From assembly GCA_030141605.1 (NCBI GenBank), contig JAQGDQ010001127.1, forward strand, positions 1 to 60,734: DNA of 60,734 nt, written 5' to 3'. This DNA comes from Tubiluchus corallicola (lineage: Eukaryota > Animalia > Priapulida). The first letter of the stretch is position 1; each line of letters begins with the position of its first letter. The position numbers and the translations under genes were made by a program. The notes under the pieces are model-generated. The model saw only the letters and a list, made by a program, of their open reading frames with translations, did no database searches and was not told where the DNA came from. Of this stretch, positions 1 to 12,325 are shown in pieces.

Positions 1-250
1 ATACTGGCTGTATGTCCCAGTCAAGATTTGTGCTTATATATTGGATAATGGCTGTATGTCCCAGTCAAGATTTGTGCTTATATATTGCATACTGGCTGTA
101 TGTCCCAGTCAAGATTTGTGCTTATATATTGCATACTGGCTGTATGTCCCAGTCAAGATTTGTGCTTATATATTGCATACTGGTTGTATGTCCCAGTCAA
201 GATTTAAGCTCATATTGCATACTCATCATATGTTCTAGTCAATATTTATG
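1..250. repeat. 44-bp minisatellite, about 5 copies, probably within a PUS1 intron and truncated by the window start
   Basis: Unit atactggctgtatgtcccagtcaagatttgtgcttatatattgc; the core tatgtccc recurs at 11, 55, 99, 143 and 187. It accounts for ORFs 12..257 and 41..238. Confidence 0.95.
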
Positions 251-1486
251 CTCATAAGTTGCTTACTACAGTCTGCTGAGTTTCGCATGCTAGTAACCGT
301 TTAGCAGAGTTCCATTTTCTAGCAGAGCAGAGATTCCCCGGCAGGCAGCTTTAAATACATTAGAATTAGAAATTTTTATAACTTCCTAGCATGCATCTGG
401 TGAGTGACACTCGAGCGTTGTTAATATTTTACTAACGTAAGAATAGTAAACAACAGATGTAGCAAAATGAAGCAAAATGTGACAGACTTTTTCAATATTT
501 ACTGTGTACAATAAATAAATGTCTGTATTTCAAAAACTCTGCAATTCATTTGCCAGTAGCAAAAACTTTCAAAAAGTAACTGCAAATTAGAGGTACAGTA
601 ACAGTAGACTCACATTGAAGTAGGACAGCTTGGCTGTTATAAGACCAGGAAGTTGTATTAACTCGACATATAAGTATATTTATCTGCAAACGTTATCAGT
701 AATGTTGTTAAAGTAAGTAGTTCCTCGCTTAAAATGTTTATTACATACCTCGCTTTTCACATACTTTTAAATTTGTCTGTAGTAGTACGCAAGATGGATT
801 TTCAATTGCATTTCATATGTAAATTTTTCCTGCTTGGTAAGACCTAAGTTTTTAATTTACTTGCTCTTGAAGTTAAGCTTCCTATGTTTGATATTGTTAA
901 TGTTCATAGCCTGTTAAGTAAATGTTTCTCACAAACTAATGTTATTTCTTCCTGCAAGTTCAACCATTGTATAGATCATTCAGTGTTTATATCAAATGTT
1001 GGAATGTATGTTATTATTCATGTTCATTATTGATGTTATCATTGCAGTTTGTTTCACTTTGGTAGTAATTGGTGACGTAGCAATTCATATATATGATGTC
1101 GTACTAGTAGTTCACTAACTAATCCAACGATTCTGAGTTTATACTCACGTTTAAGTAATTAAAAACTAATTAAATTAATTTTTGTGATTAATACAGAGGT
1201 TGGAATGACTTGTTTTGGCGAGCACTTTAAGTTTTCCCACAATCATGAAACTTAGTAGCAACATATCATTTTCTGGTATTAATTAACCCACGTTTTTATC
1301 CTATCCTGTCACACTTATCCTATATTTCACGCCTGTTTATATTTTAACACAATATTGTTTCACTGTTTGTATTTTTTTAATGAACCTCCAAATTTGCATG
1401 TGATTTTTTTCGAAATCTATACTTACATCACATTTGTCAGTTCTGCTTATAACTGCGAAATTATTTACCTATGACAAATATTGCAG

Positions 1487-1677
1487 GTCTATTAATAGCC
1501 ATAGTGAGAGGTTTGGCTGACCAGTCTGTCATACAAAAGGCTTGGGGTCATGACAGAGTGGACATTCCTAAAGCTCCAGGTCTAGGACTTGTGTTAGAGA
1601 AGGTGCATTATGATGCATACAATAAGCGATACGGAGGAGACGGATTCCACGAAGCCATTGACTGGAGTGAGTATAAG
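1487..1677 (+). CDS. PUS1: tRNA pseudouridine synthase (PUS1/TruA family), internal coding exon; upstream exons lie outside the window
   Basis: Acceptor ttgcag|GT at 1486/1487 and donor AAG|gtaagt at 1677. Translation GLLIAIVRG...VDIPKAPGLGLVLEKVHYDAYNKRYGGDGFHEAIDW matches the eukaryotic PUS1 motif PKAPGLGLVL. Confidence 0.9.
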
Positions 1678-2172
1678 GTAAGTACAAGTATCTTTATTTA
1701 TCACCTTTTTGCAGGAAGAAAAACATAGTGCATAAAATGATAATATGATGCAAAGTAACAAAATTATTATGATGATTAATTTATCTGAGATATGATATTA
1801 AACTGATTGGTGAAAGGGTGGCAAAGTACTAAAAGTTATCAAGGTCAACCACCCTCTAAGTAATGTTGCTATTAGTAATTAATTATGTGCGCAATTATCA
1901 AGATGAAATATTCAGAATTAGGTGTGATAAAGTTTACATGTGGAGCATTACTAAGTTGCTTAAGTAAATAAGTGAATGGTTAATGTACTAAGATTGAACT
2001 TACGAAATTTAGATTTAAATTTTAACATATATAACAAGGACATAAAGACGTAATAAGTACATATAATGTTGACATGGTAAGCATATACTAACTGCATATA
2101 CACATACATATACAATCGTAGGATACTCATACACGTGTACAGTTGTACACACATATGCACACACAATGTATT

Positions 2173-2210
<38 letters not shown>

Positions 2211-3435
2211 AATAGAGATGTATAGGTACTAGAGAGAGAGAAATGCTTTACCTCTCTATTTTCATTTACATGATGACTGCATATAACACATTTCAAATAT
2301 GGCATCTAGATTGGTGAATGTAGTAAGGGTGTACTGGTGGACATAATTGAAAATTGAGGAAAGAGTAATCTTGGTTACTTTCAATTTCTGGTATCATCCG
2401 TCACTAGTGTGTAGTTGTTTGTAACAAGAAAGTTTAGAAATACAATGCAGTGCCATCAAGTGGCCAAAAATAAAAACTTTTGTGGACTTTTTACACATCA
2501 TACCTGGCTCGTGCATCTTGTATAGCCTTTAGCCAAAAACAAAGTTTAGTCAAAATGTCTAAAAATGTCAAGGGACTAAATTCTTTAAAAATTAATGTTG
2601 TGTATTCATAATAAAATTGAAGCAGTTGCTATAGTTAATAGCATTGTTTTTAGTATTAGACGTACTTTGGAAAACAGCTGTTGTCTTTATCAGTTTACAT
2701 AAAATTGATAATATAGAATATTAGAATGTCATTTAAACACAGTAAAACCAAAATAATTTAATTTAGCTAAATTTTTATTTTCTTCGTTTTTAGAGAAAGC
2801 ATTTGTATTCTTCAGACTGCATATCAGACACTTGTGGAAGAACAGTTATTTTTCAAAAAAAATTTGTAGTGATCATCACGTTTTTTTTAATTCTGTAGTC
2901 AGTGGAAGATTAGCAATTGACAATGAGACCTAAGTGGGAGTGAAAATATTCCACTTATTTGTTTAATTTGGCTTCGTTCTCATGACCTTATAAGATATAC
3001 TGCAGGTAATTTACATTGATGATTACTATTTGGTGGCCAATCTATTTTTGTGTCATCAGTTTTTTCTCACCCGTAATTCTTGCAAAATTTTTACCAGCGT
3101 ACAATTCTTTAAATGGAAGAGAATTGCTTTACAGTGAGCTAAATCTGATTTTGTAAAAGCTTCTGCTCATCTGATGATTTAGCTGCAATAGTTTTGCAGA
3201 TATTTTCTCTAGCTAGGAGGTTTTCCAATGATATTCTACTAAAAATATCATTAAATTAGACAAGATTAAACAGGAACTCGAAGTAGCCTTTAGCTCAAAC
3301 TGCTATACCAATTCAAAGTACCGACAATTCAATTCAGACTGGTTTATAGATTTGGAATAAGCTTTAGATACAAATTCTGTTATTATCCTTGACAAAAAAC
3401 TTGATTTTAATGAGATATTTCTTTTTGACTTGCAG

Positions 3436-3639
3436 GAAACAAAAGATAAATTCAAAGATGAATTCATTTACTCGACTATAATCAATACGGAAATGAGTGA
3501 ACACACAATGCTGACATGGCTGTCAACTTTGCCACTTCATGAGTACGACATACGGGAACCAGACGATAACATAGCTAGATCTCAGACTAGGAGTATGCTT
3601 GGCAAAGCTTTAGTTGCTATTGAAATGGAGGGGACAGAG
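3436..3639 (+). CDS. PUS1: PUS1 coding exon
   Basis: Acceptor ttgcag|GAA and donor GAG|gtgagt, phase 0 on both sides. FKDEFIYSTIINTE...WLSTLPLH matches the PUS1 C-terminal helices (FKEEHIYPTI...WLSTLPIH type). Confidence 0.88.
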
Positions 3640-4423
3640 GTGAGTGCGATGACAATGTTAATGATGTATGTACATGTGATGTTTAGTTATTTCAGTAAGT
3701 CCCTTTGCTTGTTTGTTCTGCTATGTTTGTTCAATAAGTATGTGAGCAGCCAGAAAAATTCCTTTATTTACGTCTTGTGTTATGGTACATACTATTGTGA
3801 AGTTTCACGGCTTAATTCTTAAATTAATTAAATTTTCTATGAATATTGTTTGAAAAATAACGATTAGCCATTTTATAAAAATATAAATTATTTTGAATCA
3901 TGTGGTTAAAGTTTTTTAAAACCTATAAATAGTTTCCTATTTCCTGCAATTTATGTAGTTAGCATATGAAATAGATTAACCTGTGCTAACACTCAATTTG
4001 TTTTACCTTTTGTAAACTATCCAGTGCTGACTTGTTTCTTATAGTTTCTGTGAATGTAAATTATTGGCATTCTAATTATTTTTTAATTGTGCAAGGTATT
4101 AGTTAATTACATTAGTTATTAGTTAATTACATTAGTTAATATTTGTTATTGTTTCCTCTGGAAAACAAGAAAATTTCCCATGTTTATATTGCAAAGCCAG
4201 TCAGTCTGGCTTCAAATAAGTAAAACAGTTGCGACTATAATCAGGAGAGAGGGCTTGCTAGAGAGGCTTGCGTTCGTTCAATTCACCAAGCCCATATATA
4301 TTACCCTGACTCCAAACTCTTAATTTACAATTCTAACTTAGTTAATAGACAAACAGTCAAAAATGTATGTATATTTAATTTTCAATAAATAAATGCCTTC
4401 TATAACATGTGGTACTTTTGCAG

Positions 4424-4666
4424 GAGCAGAACTTTCATCTCAATGCTTCAACTCTGACCACTTCAAATGTTGAGAGAAACAACGAGACTGTCGCTACAGA
4501 ACAGAACAGTCAAGCAAAATCAACAACACCATTGACTGATTCAAATTTACATGTAAATAATCATAGTCAGCTAAATATTTCTGAAAATAAAGACAGCACA
4601 AAAAATGAAACTGAGCAAACTAGAGCAAATGTAGGAATTGGAGAAACTGCATCTTCATCTTCATAG
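4424..4666 (+). CDS. PUS1: Probable terminal PUS1 coding exon (low-complexity N/S/T/E-rich tail)
   Basis: Acceptor ttttgcag|GAG in phase 0, in frame to TAG at 4664-4666; AATAAA signals at 5225-5236. There is no conserved motif, so the call rests on splice phase only. Confidence 0.6.
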   Translation, partial: EQNFHLNASTLTTSNVERNNETVATEQNSQAKSTTPLTDSNLHVNNHSQLNISENKDSTKNETEQTRANVGIGETASSSS

Positions 4667-6608
4667 CAGGGGAGAATACTAGGTTGCTCATTTATTCAGT
4701 TACGTGTATTATATAGTTGTTTATGCTGCTGGTTAGTGTTCCAGTTATGATGTGATTTAATTTGGATGCTGCGTACTAATGAAGACAAGCATTAGAGCTA
4801 AAATTACATAGTATTTTTTACTAGTGAAGCGCAATCAATGTAATGGTGTTTGTCATCTATATTTTTAGCTCGTAAGTGAAGGATAACAGACACTGTCTGG
4901 ATATTGCAATTTGCAATCAGACATTAATACCAGAGAAGGGGCTAAAAGTACCAGCTTTATCATTAATCTGCTGCTTGTTTTTCCATTGCTTCTTCGGCTA
5001 CTTCATTAAGCCTCGGGCACTGGAAATTTTTGCTGAAAGAGAGCAATAACAGTCTTGTGAAAACTACACATTCACCGAGTTCTGGATTTTGATAATTTTT
5101 GGTAGGCTGGAATAAACAACAAAAATTGTCCTAAAATGAGATTAGACATAAAAAGGCTGAATATAAACAATGAAATAGAATATCAAAGCTTGTAACAGTA
5201 AATTATTTCATGTTCTCTACTGAAAATAAAAATAAAGTTTAATGAAGTATTTTTTAGGAAATTATTGTTCCAGTATGTAGGATTTCAAAATAATAATATT
5301 AGCATTGTCAGGTAGAAAAGAGTAATCTTAGAAAGTTAACAATTGCAAGGGCAATGGCAAGGCAGAAATCATTAATAGTACTCATAGTTAAACCTGACGT
5401 GATATACTCAAGTTTAGAAGTTAGAGTAAAAGGTAGGGCGAACTACATATTTCTGGAGAAATCCACATGAAAAGTGATAATGTATTAGGATCATTAAGAA
5501 TCTAGTGATTATCAAAACAAGCGCAGAATCATTTAGACAACACCACACATAACCAAGCCACACACCGAGGAGATCAGAAGAAAGGATTCGGATTTTGCTC
5601 GCTTTACTTTTGCCCTAAAACCCGGCCAGATGCACAGCTTTGCCAGAACACATTGCAGACGTCATCTAGTGATTTTCCTTAAAAATTAAACTTTCTACAA
5701 TAGACACAAATCGGATAAAAAACTTACTAGGTTTGTTGTGTATATGCTGTAATTACTGTAATTTTCTTTTAACTTCTGACCTTATTCTTTTCATGTGAAA
5801 GTTCTCATCACTTGATCTTCTCATGATACATATTTTCTTATCAACTATTTTACACCCCAGATCCGTACAAACAATATAAGTAGTTTTCAAGTAATGTAGA
5901 CCAAGTTCCCTTTTGTATCCTTTCTCACTGATTTTATGCTTTCTGAATCTGTTAATAGCTGAACCATGGTCGGCCATTTGTTATGCTGCTAACCGCAGAC
6001 TCAGGATTACTTCACTTTTCAATGTTTGGTAATTTGTTGTCTGTGTTCTTCATTAAACTGGGGGTGAGAGGAATAGCAGAGTTGTAATGGCGTGTGCGTT
6101 TGAGTGCCAAGTCAAGCAAAATGGGAAGGATGACCATCAAGAAAACTTGTTAGGCATTTTCACTTGCCGCCCCTTTCACTATTTTAAGGATGTGCACATG
6201 TCAGCCAGTTCAGTGTCATCTAGATGCTGGTCCTGCCACAAAGTCCCTACTGTGGAGAATTGTCAAGTTTAAGGAGTTTCCTTGTAGGTTTATGACGTTA
6301 ACATTTTTTGGCGTTGTTGTTAAGAACATTTAGAACATTAAATACAATTATTAAGAACATTTTGTATTTGGTAGAAAATGGTACTTTCCTTGGAAAATGG
6401 AAGTATTATTTACACAAGCAGCTTTCTTATTGCCATTTGTCTATGCTTCTGAACGCAACCACAGTTAATCGTTTAGAAGTTTTCATTATCTATGATGCTG
6501 ACTGCTAGGTCAAAAATGGCAATTAATGCTTAGTGCTCACTTCCACTGTGAACTATAAAAAACCTTTAATGTCAAGAAAAGGTAAACATTTTCCAATGAA
6601 TCGGGTAC

Positions 6609-6905
6609 CTAATGTCACAAACAAACTATATATAGATATCTACCCAAATTTGATTATTCCAGTCTAGCTGGCTGCATGGATCAAGTGGCTTTCAGCTTTT
6701 GTGATCTATTTTTGCAGTGATGCACACAATCAGATAGCTAATGTCACAAACAAACTATATATAGATATCTACCCAAATTTGATTATTCCAGTCTAGCTGG
6801 CTGCATGGATCAAGTGGCTTTCAGCTTTTGTGATCTATTTTTGCAGTGATGCACACCATCAGGTAGCTAATGTCACAAACAAACTATATATAGATATCTA
6901 TCCGC
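6609..6905. repeat. 129-bp tandem duplication, about 2.3 copies
   Basis: ctaatgtcacaaacaaactatatatagatatcta starts at 6609, 6738 and 6867. Confidence 0.93.
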
Positions 6906-9900
6906 ATTTGACTTTTTTCAGCCAGCATAGAAAAGATAATGTAATACTTCACATGTATTATCAGCTTTAATAATCTTGAAATACATTGAGAATTAGAATT
7001 ATTTAAAGTCAAACCTTGTTTACAATGCCCCTCTCCCCATTATAATACCTCACTTAACGACCATATTTTTGGCAAAGCGAATATTTATATTTTTATAGAC
7101 ATGTATTTATTAATGCACTTGGTTATAATGCCAAATTCGCTTAATCCCAACTTTTTTGCAGTCCCAACTTTAGGTGGTATAAAGAGGCTGACTGTTACTG
7201 TATTAATACTACATAATTCTGTTCTATTTTAGTTTATTCATACTGCACATGAAGCAAAGTTTGATAGTCATCGAACTCCAATATTCACGGTAGTACAAAC
7301 ACGTAAATTTATTCAAAATAACAACATGAACATATTTATGAAGAAAACAATGTAAAAGAAAAAAATGTAATTTTGATTGCCAAAGTGGCAGACTTGACTC
7401 GCTTAACGAAAGCTAACTGCTTGATTCAAGCAAGAATAAATGATCTAATTAAACGTAAAACAGGTACAAAATATTCAAACCTTGTCAAACTACTATATGC
7501 TAAAGTACATTGCCAACAAAATAGGAACTATACTGGACTTACGTTGTAACCTATAATAAAATCTAGTATTTTTTCTTATTAAGCTGTTTAAAAATTTCAA
7601 GTCATACTTACAAAAGACCAATTATTATAGTTTAAAATAGGACATTCTATAAACATTCTGATATGTATGATTTGATAATGTACAATAATGATATGAATAA
7701 AAGTAGTATTACACAAATACACACAGGTCGACTATTAGAGAATTGTAATTACAGGGTCATTATAAAATCCACAAAAACCAAAGAATCTTAAAACAAAACT
7801 AAGCTTTCTGTAAAATACGAGGAAAGGTGATAAGCATGGTGATGTCATGCTTGGCATTTTATGCGAGTCATATGTATTTAATTTCTGGTCATGTTAAAAT
7901 GACAGATAATACAGGGTGGTACGCAATCTTTTGCTAGGGAGGGGGAAGGGTGTACAAAAACTGAGTACTAGTATAGATCAAAGTGTTGCTCATACAAAGT
8001 GAATCTGTCAAGCCTTCAAAATATGGAAGCCTCATACATTTCACACAGCCTGAACTCTTTATGTGTATGGTAGGAACAGTAACCTGAAAACTGGGATTCA
8101 TTTTTTTTATTGAACTGAATGACCTGGAAATTCACAGGACCTCAAATCCGCCAAATGCGTGGATACATTCTGAAAGGCAAAGCAGGTATTAAGATGATAA
8201 AGCCATTGAGCAGCATTCAACAGAAAACTATTGAGACATCTGTAAGCTGTGTTAGAGAATCTCCATTGGTTAAGTGGCACCCCCAAGATTGCGAGTTTTG
8301 TGAGAGTTATGAGGCTTCTGCACTAAATTATTAACAACGAACAACTGGACAAGGGTGTGCTTTGGGTAGCTACTCAGTGGATGAGAGATTGGTACAAGAG
8401 ACGGAAATCAGGGTTTACTCACCATGAAGGTGAGAAAATTTTTAACGCATGGTAGATTTGCAATTGTTTGAACAATACTTTGATGTAATAAACTGTTCTG
8501 TGCTACAGCTTGTTGTTGTACCCCTAGCAAAAGATTGTCATTTTGCAAAATTTTCATATCATGTGGAATTTGATTGGCATCGATGAAAAATCGACAAAAA
8601 TCAGCATCGATTTGTTCACCGACATTGTATTACAGGTTTATCATATCAAATGCTTTCTGAATTTTTGTGTAATTAAGTGTAGCAATGGAAATTACATGAA
8701 TAGTAGTGTCATCATCCATGATGTGCAAAACGATTAAAACTTCTACAAAGTAATGACAACCTATCAGTACATGTACACACACACATGAATAAATAATAAT
8801 AAATTATTACTTCTTTGGTTTAGTAGTGTCAGGCCAGATGTGATTTTGGCAAATGCACCCGAAAAAAACTTAATTATTTTGCACAGGAATAAATTTAAAA
8901 TCATTCCAATTTGAAAGTCAATATTAAGTGGAAAAAGCAAAAACGTTCTTAAATGCAAAAATGTTACAGCCATAATCACATCAGACTAACACAAAATGGT
9001 GCAGAAAATATGAAAAAGCATTAGATTTGCAACTATCGTAATTACTAGTTGTAAAATTTCATAAAAGCAAATGATAAACTTTTACATGAAAAATTATGTT
9101 TCAGCTTGTAGAATGTTGAATTGGATTATAAATATTTACGTGGAATGCATTCTCTTTCAAGTATAAATACAGTAATTATTGACAATAAAATTTAGAACTT
9201 CCATAAAAAAGTAAAGATATTATATGAACAAGTATATACAACATCACAAGGGTTATGAATAAAGTTCAATTTAAAGTGGAAACATCAGAAATCTGAAGTA
9301 ACATTGAAATGGACTAGCCATAAAACTAAAACAAAATATTAAAGTGGCAATAATAAATTCACTAAGGATAAATATATGAATTTCTAATTTAAAAGAACAA
9401 CATCTTAAGCAGCATCAGTACAACAATGAATGAATGATACACAGTTTCTATTCACTATCAGTATCAAGGTCGGATATAAATAATGACAAGTAACAATGCC
9501 ACCTGGTGCAAATCAAAATCTCATAAACACTAAACAGTTTCTTAAATTAGCGAAGCAGACAGATAATTTGATAAGTCTGTCATCCATAGCATTCTGATCT
9601 TTATTTTTACAGCAAATAATGAATTTATTATTAACAATTATTTGAATGATAAAATAATTTTACATCTGAGAAAATATAACTTGAATTCAAGTTCCTTCCA
9701 TTATTACATAGTAAAAAGGTTAACAAGAAGGTCACATAGTAACCATTTCCAGTTCTTGTTGGTACAAAAAGTAGGTCTCAAATTTTCGTCTTTTTTTAAT
9801 ATAGACCTATTGCAATAGTGACCAGTGATATGGTTTTTCATGATATCGAAGTTTTGCTAATTATAATAAATCTATAATTTTTTGTGATCTCGGTAGATGT

Positions 9901-11065
9901 TAGCTGATCACTAGAAATTTAGTTCACCTTTTCTTGATAAAAAAGGCGACGTTATTGAAGTGGTAAGAAAATCCCATTGTGTCCACAACACTACAATATC
10001 ATGATGTCAGACAGAAATTGAGGTTGCAAAATTGTTATGACACTCCAATACAAAATTTCATCAGTAATTCTTCCCTAATAACACGACAAGACACTCCTCA
10101 TTGTTAAACCTCTAATTTTTACTCCATAATAACTGCATGCGCCAGTCTTATGTGTAAATATTGATATGTCTGAAACAGTATGATGATATTTCCCCTTGCT
10201 GTATCACTTGTTTGCATTGTTTATTAAATACATCAAAACAAAAGACGCTCATATATTCACATAAAACAATGCGCCTGTATCACTATTACCTGCAGAATTA
10301 ATATCACTGCCGAAAAGTTCCCCGAATGGTAAATCTAAACAAAATTGTATAGTAGAATTACAACAAAAGATATGTCCAAAAATGAGTTTCAGTAATAAAA
10401 ACACTGAGCATCAAAGTTTATGTTACTTGAAACACGTAGTACGTAGTATAACATCTATATGTAGCAGACGTGTGACATAAAATACGTCTAGCAAAGAAAT
10501 ATTATGGCAAAATATTTAAATAAAAACAACGTATATTAGTGGTGGGGAGAAATGAGTTGATCATGTGATCAACTATAATACAATATTTGTGTAAGTACAC
10601 ATATTTATAGACAGTGAGCAAAGTCTTGAGTATTATGCTATATTATGACCTCAGCGATATAGAGGAATAAAATCTTCTTAACTTGCAATTAATCTATAGC
10701 AAGCACATTAAAACACATTAAATCAACTTAGGAAAACATCTACTGTCTAAAGCAGTATCAATAAAATTAAATTAAGCATTCTGTAATGTACCAAATTAGC
10801 TACACTCCAGATAAGTGATGAATAGATGCGTGAAAATGTCAATAGCGAACTTGTCAGGCTGCAGAATAGCTGAAGAGGTTGTGGTAAAAAAGGCTTGACA
10901 ACAAACACTTTGTCTTTAAACATTTAAGGAAATATATTTAAAGATGCAAATGTGAGTGTTAGTAGCTAAAGACAGCTTTAATAAGACATCTAGTTAACCA
11001 TTTAACCATTTTCATTAATTTTAGTTTTTTATCCTTTTCATCTTGAGCTGAACAATCATTACATT

Positions 11066-11104
11066 CAGGGTCGAATTATGACCTTTGGGGCCTCTTGCCT
11101 AACG

Positions 11105-11170
<66 letters not shown>

Positions 11171-11545
11171 CTTTACATATTTAAAATGGATTATTAACAA
11201 ACATTGCTGTCGCTCTTGCAGATCAGAAATGAAATTATGAGGCCTCCCTCAGACGGAGCCACCATCTAATTCACCTGAACCCGTATGGAATGTTTTTTAC
11301 TTGAAACATATTTTAGTGACATTTACATAGCTTGAAGTAAACTTATTGCAAATTCTTTAAATAAACTAGAATTGCTTCTTTTGTTTGTCAATAAAAATAT
11401 TCTTTAAGAAATTTCCATTATTTCACTATTTATTGCAAACCAAATTAGCACAACACAACTGTAGCGAAAAAACTGATTATTTTTTACCAAATGTTAGCAA
11501 AGGTTGGGGGCCCTAGGCTGCAGTCTATGTGATAATTCAACCCTG
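11066..11545. mobile_element. hAT-like MITE, family A copy 1, with an internal (TA)n tract
   Basis: Termini cagggtcgaattat / ataattcaaccctg; the interior is clearly homologous to 25919-26303. The TSD is not recognisable. Confidence 0.7.
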
Positions 11546-11951
11546 CTTATCACTGCATTATTACATGGTAATCAGTCCTTTTGTTGGTACATGTCTTACT
11601 TTTGTTAGTGTACTTCTTTGTACATTAAAAAACTTTGTAACTGGAAATATCACAAGTAAATAGTAAATAAACAAATTTATAAAGATTAAAGTTTCATTAA
11701 ATACTGAGGAAAATATTAGTAACTTATATGAACCGCTGATTGATAGTCAGGGTCGCCGCAGCCATGGGGGCAGTGGACCCCCTTGCTTTTCCAAAGGGCG
11801 CAGGAGCAGAGCTGACATGAACACGTGCATCTATTATTCATTTCAAAAAGAATATGTGAAAAGCAGAATGTTCCCTTTTCATAAATGCTGCCCCCACCCC
11901 TGTAATTTGGGGCAGCTGCCCCTGCTGATAGCTGGGCCATATAAACTCATA

Positions 11952-12325
11952 TTAAATATGCTCATGTGCTACCTCACTGCTGGAGTTGGAATGACTGAAC
12001 CCAATATCAAGAACAGTAGTAGAATGTGCAGGTTGCTGTGTGTGAGATGTTAGGGGTGGGAGTGGGTGTGACAGGTGAGGGTCAGAAAGAGGAGTGGTCG
12101 AACGAGTGACACCAACAGCTGAGATGTTAAATGCAGCATCGTTTCCTGCTCGGGCATAAGGCAGGTATTCCTTGTTGACGCAGTTCCGCAGAGAATCGGG
12201 AATGTGTCCTGAAATGGCACGATGAATCTCGCCTGCAGCCATTTCTCTGAGTTCTGTCAGGCTGGCATCACTGTACCAAGATACATGAGGTGTGCAGATG
12301 AGGTTGGGGCAATCTTTTAGTGGTC
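11952..12325 (-). CDS. CtBP: CtBP coding exon 8 (end of dehydrogenase domain plus C-terminal tail, stop TAA)
   Basis: Acceptor tttcag|GA (phase 1). Translation [53 protein letters not shown]...AHSTT...[10 protein letters not shown]. Confidence 0.92.

Noticed and set aside
1-250. 44-bp repeats as a CRISPR array
   Set aside because: Head-to-tail units without unique spacers, a eukaryotic intronic context and no cas genes.
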